From assembly GCA_051362555.1 (NCBI GenBank), contig CM120645.1:19220001-19284000 (forward strand): DNA of 64,000 nt, in the 5' to 3' direction. The notes under the pieces are model-generated. The model had not been told where the DNA came from, ran no database searches, and saw only the letters and a list, made by a program, of their open reading frames with translations. This stretch comes from Lingula anatina (lineage: Eukaryota; Animalia; Brachiopoda). Positions 15,189 through 64,000 of the stretch are shown here, one piece after another; within the stretch, counting starts at the first letter, position 1, and the number at the start of each line of letters is the position of its first letter. A program made the translations under genes and the position numbers.

Positions 15189-15293
15189 TAATACAACAAC
15201 TTTCTATTGTATACAGTACAAACCTAATATTTATATAAATACATTAATACAACAACTTTGTATTGTATACAGTACAAACCTAATATTTATATA
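15189..15293. repeat. Tandem duplication of about 56 bp (2 copies)
   Basis: taatacaacaacttt(c/g)tattgtatacagtacaaacctaatatttatataa occurs twice. Confidence 0.9.
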
Positions 15294-16039
15294 ATTTTTT
15301 TTTCATTTGTTCATTCCTCTGTTATTGTTACTGTCACTATTATTATTATTTCCATCATAACTAACTTGATGAGTTCATTATTTTAATCATAAAAGAAACT
15401 AGTCTTAAACTGAAACTAAGTTTCCAATGATTCAACGGTGTGATAAAATGGTATCAATCCCCAATCAGTTTTTTTCAATAAATTGTATCAAAACCCCATC
15501 AGTTTCTTCAATAAATTTACTTGACGACTTTCAACGGACTATTACCAAGTGTTCTGTCACTTGTGCATAATAACAATGGAAATCAACCACAAGCATAATT
15601 TATGTATGAACAGTGGAATGAGTATGTAGAAAAATAAGTATAGCTTTAAATCTAATGTGTAACAACACGAACTGGCTGCATGCATTGTTACTTAGACATA
15701 AAGGAGATCAGCATAGAAAAAGAAACACATACATCTCTAAAGAAAATGCAGAAATTTGACATTTAGCAAATGAATGAATACTTTTACCGTCAGACACCTG
15801 TTTTGTGACCTTCACCTTTTAATTTAATAAAGAATAGCACACGGAACAACGTAATCCTTTAGAATTTACTTGAGCAGAAAATTTTCATCTTTTCAAATAT
15901 TTATATATTTTATATATACATAATATTTAATAGTAAGTTTGTTTCTTTTAGAAATAAAGATTTTATTTATTATATCATAAAATAATATATTTGATTTACT
16001 AGATTATGTATTCTTTGAAATTGACCTTCCCAACGTAGC

Positions 16040-16107
16040 CTCGTTTCGATGTTGCCTGGGACAAATATGGAGGACGTATACAATTATTGACTTGTCAAAT
16101 TTACAAG
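16040..16107 (+). other. Putative non-coding first exon of the CCDC162-like gene, containing a short uORF (16067-16090, MEDVYNY*)
   Basis: CpG-containing patch ending at a donor AAG|GTGCGT (16107), upstream of the acceptor just before ATG 16855. The transcription start position is approximate. Confidence 0.45.
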
Positions 16108-16854
16108 GTGCGTATTTTTGATTACACCTTTCGGGAGTTATTGGTTATAAAGCTGCAGAAAGATAGGAAACTTGTGCGTTTTACAAGTAACATTTAACTT
16201 GATTTCTTTGTGAACACGGCGAAATTAGCCATCCTTCTGATGCCTTTATGAATCGATTCTACATGTACTGTTATCGGTTACACCATACAGTAATATGCAG
16301 ACTCATTTTAAATGTTGCCGTTTATTTTAGTTTTCTTTATTACAAAAGGTTATTACAAAAGCCTCGTGATGCAGAAGAAAATTTATTTTTCACAAATTGT
16401 CAACAAAATCATTTAAACAAGTTTGCATTAAGCATTTGTTGATGGGAATGATAACTTTTTTTTTTATATTTTTGGTCTTAATTAACGATTTAAGGTGCAG
16501 AGCCTCAGGGTAAGCTTTTCCCACAAATAACTCATACTTGATTAATTTTCCTGGAACTTAATGTATTGTCCTTTCAATAGCCAACCTTTGAGCCCCTGCT
16601 CTTACATAATTCTGTAACAATCAGACACCAAAAAAATATATTTTTTTAAAATATATTTCACAGTTATAGAGGTGTCCAATTAAAGACCTATTTTCAAACA
16701 GTTCTGAACTGTGAAATGACATGCACAGCTTATGTACCAAATTATCATTTGATTGAATACTTATTTTGGCAAGGTATTATACTTATAAAATGAAGAAATA
16801 TTTCAAGATTGATTGAAATATGTTATGCTCGTTAGTGCAGATATTATAACCAAA

Positions 16855-49590
<32,736 letters not shown>

Positions 49591-49598
49591 TCTCCCCC

Positions 49599-49960
49599 CT
49601 GACACAATGGACCTGTCCAATATTCCTTTCTGACACAATGGACCTGGCCAATATTCCTTTCTGACACAATGGACCTGTCCAATATTCCTTTCTGACACAA
49701 TGGACCTGTCCAATATTCCTTTCTGACACAATGGACCTGTCCAATATTCCTTTCTGACACAATGGACCTGGCCAATATTCCTTTCTGACACAATGGACCT
49801 GGCCAATATTCCTTTCTGACACAATGGACCTGGCCAATATTCCTTTCTGACACAATGGACCTGTCCAATATTCCTTTCTGACACAATGGACCTGGCCAAT
49901 ATTCCTTTCTGACACAATGGACCTGGCCAATATTCCTTTCTGACACAATGGACCTGGCCA
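49599..49960. repeat. 31-bp minisatellite, about 11.7 copies, in the CCDC162-like 3' UTR
   Basis: Unit ctgacacaatggacctg(t/g)ccaatattccttt, with a single variable position. It begins 8 nt after the TGA at 49588-49590. Confidence 0.95.
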
Positions 49961-51442
49961 GAAAACACGGTGGAGTGCTCCAAAGCAATATTAAACTGGA
50001 TCTGTTTGAAAGGAACTTTCCTTTTAAATTAGTATTATTCCATAAGATCCAAGGAAATTATTTGGACTTTGACTAAGGGGGTTCATTCTTGGTAGGAAAT
50101 CTACTATTGATATAGATTTTTTATTCTTTATTCTTGATGCTTAATCTCAACTTTATCTAGTATTCCGTCCATTTAAAACAATCTAAACTGTGGTGTAGGT
50201 AAACTGGAATTGCATGTACACGTTTATCTGTGATAAAACAAAGACAATCAGTTAAAAGATTAGTACAATCTATTTGCAATACGTATCACAAGTAGTCGTT
50301 TTATTTATTTCCATTATTATAGGGAAAGGGCATCTTTTTTTTCGTGAAAAGACTTACATATGTAAGTAATGTAATGTAAATAGCTTATGCAATCATCAAT
50401 AGAAGGCGAATTCTATGTGTACCTAAGTCGTGTAAATAACATAATATTTAAGCTTATGAGTTTTTTCTTTCTGTTATAATTATTGTTTTTTATCTGTGCC
50501 AATTTTAGTCATGTCATTCTCAGACTGGCAAAATAATGTCCAACATCTAAATTATTTTCTTCATAAATGGACAAAGTATCCTAATCAGACTATGGACATT
50601 TCTTGTCACCAGTTATCCATGTGTTATATTTTATGTGGCCTACACTGCTGAATTTAGAAGTGAAGCATTTTTTATTTTATTTTTATATAGAAATATGATC
50701 CAAGAAACTTTCTTAAGAATACATATGGTATTTGATGTTCAAGGAAGAGGCAATTGATCCAACATATTTGCTGATCTGTGCTGTTCCGATCATTTCTTGT
50801 CACTTTTTGTAGATTTGATATAAAAATTGATTTAACATAGATATTTTTAATGTCAATCACATATTATATAAATAAAACGAGCTTGTATGCAAAATATCGT
50901 GTTTTCATTCTATAAAACATTTATTACTATATTAAAGTATCTGTTTGTACAATAGTATATGAATACTTCAAAAATTCTTACAACAGCAGTAGAATATTGA
51001 GCAATAGTGTCCAAATGACAAAAAGTATACGAAATGTTTTAATTCAAAGGGATCGTATCAATTATAAATCCCTCTAAAACTGTAAAAGCATGGCACCACT
51101 TCTGATGACAAATATTTTTTAAATAAGTTATCAGAGCATGATTTTACAATTTTTTTATGAAAAAAAAACATCTTGGTTAAATCTTGAGTTTTCTTGTAAT
51201 AAATATTCTTAACAAATTCAACTGGTTATGTCTGCTCAACTGTGAACTATACAACTGAGAGATGAACGATTTCCATGCAAATATTATAAGATATGCCCTT
51301 CATACACATGGGATATCTCCATTGGTGTTGCAGCTTGAGTATATTTTCCAAAATGTGCAAATGGTCTTGAAATACCTCCAAATATGGTTAAAGTCACCAT
51401 TATTGCATGTCCATATATGGTCAAGTCAGTTAAAATATGTCC

Positions 51443-52860
51443 TTATGTGGTGAAGAACCCACCATCGGGTTTCCTAGAATATCCTATATTTGTTGTTTGT
51501 GTGTGATTTCCATCAATTGCATTTTTGACACTATGAATACTTTCCTTCTTGGTCCATTCAGCAATTTCAAGAGGGTGGTTAAGCGGCTTGGGCTCCACTT
51601 TGATAACTTTGACTCTGTTTTTCAGGACTCTCCTGCAAAGAAAGATAATGATATGGTTATGAAATGCAGGAATCTAAGGATAATATAACCAATTAAATAC
51701 ATTATATAATGTATTACTACATGATATGGCTATTTTATATGCTCAGAATCTTTAAAGTACAACCAAGGTTTTTGAGTCAAAGTGAACCATCTTCTTCATT
51801 TTAAAATTTCCATTCATGCTCACTGAAATTCAGCAGCATTTGATTGGAGTTTACCAGACACATCATAAATGCTAGACAGGCCTGCCTATCAACATGCGCT
51901 TCTGTGAATTCATGATACCCAGAAAACTACGTGTGCATTTGCAATCATCTTTATAAGCTTCAGTAAGACTTGCCACTGACTTCCAGAGTCTGATAAGCAT
52001 TCAAATATGGAGGGTTGAAAAATGAAGAAGTTCTGGCATGTATTGGATGTGAACCTCAGGGTATGAGAGAATCAATAATTGTGAAACAGAATATTCACAG
52101 ACTTTTACTGTTTTGGTAACAGAAAATATATTTAATAAATTATTAGTCTGCAAAAAAAAAAAAAAGAATAAACATATCAAACCTACTGCAAGCAAGTCCA
52201 CAATATTTGGTGGATCAACCTAAGATCAATTTGACTGCCATTTGGCAAGGGCCAAGTGCATTTGAAACACAGTGCATAAATAAACACATCTTACCCATGC
52301 TCCATTCCCAGTGTCTCAGGCTGAAAAAGGGTATGATTTCTGTTTTTAAACAGTTCATCGTGGTGATTGTACTGGGACTTCAAGATGAAGTCAAGACTGT
52401 CCACAGGGGCCAGGGGGTCATAGTAGTACACCTCTCTCCTGGCACTGGTCAGGGTAGCTGTGCTGTTGAGTCTTCTCCATGGGTCAAATGTCTGGGCAAG
52501 ATGTGTGGGAAGTGTGTAAGGAAGTTTCTGAAAAGGTGTAAAGCATATATGAAAATATACGTGTAATTGAATTTATCACGCTTCAAATGTTATTTTAATT
52601 TTAATCAAAATACCCCAATTATTAGAAATTATGCTCGTAGAATTTTAATTAAAATTATTGAAAATAAAAAAATCTAACTTTGAGCCCTGTCACTTTAACG
52701 CAGTTCATTCATATAATTTTAAAAAATTTAAAGTTCTCACAAACTTTTCAATAAAAGTGATTTTTGCTATTTAAAAACTTACCAAAGAAGATCTTTGTCC
52801 AACAAACTGATCGTCATTTTCAAATCTTGGGAAAGGGTAACAGTCTCTTGTGTATGGCAT
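51443..52860 (-). CDS. CFAP276: Cilia- and flagella-associated protein 276 (C1orf194 homolog), 166 aa, 3 coding exons
   Basis: Exons (-) 52860-52783, 52527-52295 and 51632-51443 have canonical GT-AG sites and matching phases. Protein: MPYTRDCYPFPRFENDDQFVGQRSSL KLPYTLPTHLAQTFDPWRRLNSTATLTSARREVYYYDPLAPVDSLDFILKSQYNHHDELFKNRNHTLFQPETLGMEHG RVLKNRVKVIKVEPKPLNHPLEIAEWTKKESIHSVKNAIDGNHTQTTNIGYSRKPDGGFFTT*. It matches recalled human C1orf194 blocks (KLPYKNPTHLAQ, PWSRLNST, LDFRL..LYNHH, KKESIHS, GYSRK.DGGFF). Not present in the supplied ORF track. Confidence 0.9.
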
Positions 52861-53342
52861 ATTTGGTTTTAGCTGCGGCTGCAAAAACGCGTCTTCTGCA
52901 CCGGCTTGGTAGGCTACAAATGCCAAAACAAACTCCACGCTTCAGCTCGAAGTGTTGAATGGGCTCTATGGCAACCACCGATGCATCATGGGAGTTTGAT
53001 GTTGAAAATTAAATAGTTCTTTATAAAAATTAGTTTGTATATCTGGAACTGAATATTCATGATTTAGAATAACGATTTGCATTTAATAATATACATGTAA
53101 CTGTACTTACAACATTTCTTAATATCCCTGTTTTACGAGATAATAACTTCCGGTAGAAATATCTGCGCATGCTTCGGGTTAGAAAAGGTTGTGAGAGAAA
53201 ACATCGTCGAAGGCCTAGCTAGCCAAACGTGAAGCAGTAAAACGGCGGCTTTAAAAATATTCCAGCTTATTGGAACAAAAATTATTTAGAGGGTTAGTCA
53301 TTGTATCTCTAGTGGATATAAGTGCAATAATTAGTGTAGGAT
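52861..53342. promoter_or_regulatory. Bidirectional promoter shared by CFAP276 (-) and ELAPOR (+)
   Basis: 482 bp between divergent ATGs, with CpG-enriched patches. Motifs: RFX X-box-like GTTGCCATAGAGC (- strand, 52963-52975), ZNF143/SBS-like AACTCCCATGATGCA (- strand, about 52982-52996), ETS/GABP ACTTCCGG (53146-53153), NRF1-like TGCGCATGC (53164-53172). Confidence 0.75.
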
Positions 53343-63350
<10,008 letters not shown>

Positions 63351-63466
63351 GTAAGTGATTTTGATTGTTATTTAGATTGTAGTTAAGTTTTTTCATAAAA
63401 GGTCATGTTTTTATTGTCATGTATAGCCTTCTCCTTATGTCCCTGTATTTTATACCTGTAACTGTA

Positions 63467-64000
63467 TTTTTATGTACAGACACAGATGTGTCTGTACATA
63501 TAGCCATCATCTGCGTCTGTCGTCGCCGTCGTCGCCGCCGTGCACTTTTACCGATAACACGATAAGTGGAAAACCGTTTTTGCTTTTGGCTTGAAACTTA
63601 CAGAACTGATGAATATTCATAATATGCAGGTCAAGTTCGAAAATCAGCATGATCGGGTCATTTTTAGGGAAGTTACGCTGTTTTTTCCCTTTTTTCAGCA
63701 TATATGCAACACCGATAACACGATAAGTGGAAAACCGTTTTACCTTTTGGCTTGAAACTTATGGAACTGATGAATATTCATAATACGCAGGTCAAGTTCG
63801 AAAATCAGCATGATCGGGTCACTTTTAGGGAATTTATGCTGTTTTTTCACTTTTTTCAGCATATATGCATCACCGATAACACGATAAGTGGAAAACCATT
63901 TTACCTTTTGACTTGAAACTTACAGAACTGATGAATATTCATAATACGCAGGTCAAGTTCAAAAATCAGCATGATTGGGCCATTTTTAGGGAATTTATGC
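63467..64000 (+). mobile_element. Helentron-associated non-autonomous (HINE/DINE-1/CvA-like) element with internal tandem array of about 161-bp monomers; truncated by the window end
   Basis: A T-run is followed by a perfect hairpin tatgtacagacaca-ga-tgtgtctgtacata (63471-63500), then a (GTC/GCC)n microsatellite. Highly similar monomers start at about 63550, 63711 and 63872 (accgataacacgataagtggaaaacc...ttgaaactt...ggtcaagttcgaaaatc). Confidence 0.75.

Noticed and set aside
49599-49960. CRISPR-like array of ~30-bp repeats
   Set aside because: The units are directly adjacent with no unique spacers, there are no cas genes, and the context is eukaryotic.
52207-52958. Plus-strand ORFs 52207-52566 and 52764-52958
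   Set aside because: Antisense shadows of CFAP276 exons.

Overview
AT-rich, intron-dense animal genomic DNA. A lophotrochozoan, probably mollusc, origin is inferred from the repeat types and protein similarity. Three genes can be reconstructed by hand. (1) A large + strand gene (CDS 16855-49590) has 52 core exons plus 4 frame-neutral candidate cassette/micro-exons and encodes about 2300 aa; it resembles CCDC162/C6orf183 (DUF4549 N-terminus, C-terminal coiled coils). (2) A 3-exon - strand gene (52860-51443, 166 aa) is CFAP276/C1orf194 and is missed by the ORF track. (3) The 5' part of a + strand ELAPOR/KIAA1324-family gene starts at 53343 and runs off the window. CFAP276 and ELAPOR sit head-to-head across 482 bp, as I recall they do in human. 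That spacer carries RFX-, ZNF143-, ETS/GABP- and NRF1-like motifs. The first 16 kb looks like the intron-rich 5' end of an unidentified - strand gene divergent from the CCDC162-like gene. Mobile and repeat content: a young PIF/Harbinger-type MITE with about 152-bp TIRs, a small CAGG-ended MITE, three copies of a TTAA-ended repeat, a Helentron/HINE-like element with about 161-bp tandem monomers, a 31-bp minisatellite just after the CCDC162-like stop codon, and many microsatellites. No CRISPR, rRNA, tRNA or prokaryote-type system is visible. Gene names rest on recalled protein sequences, not database searches.
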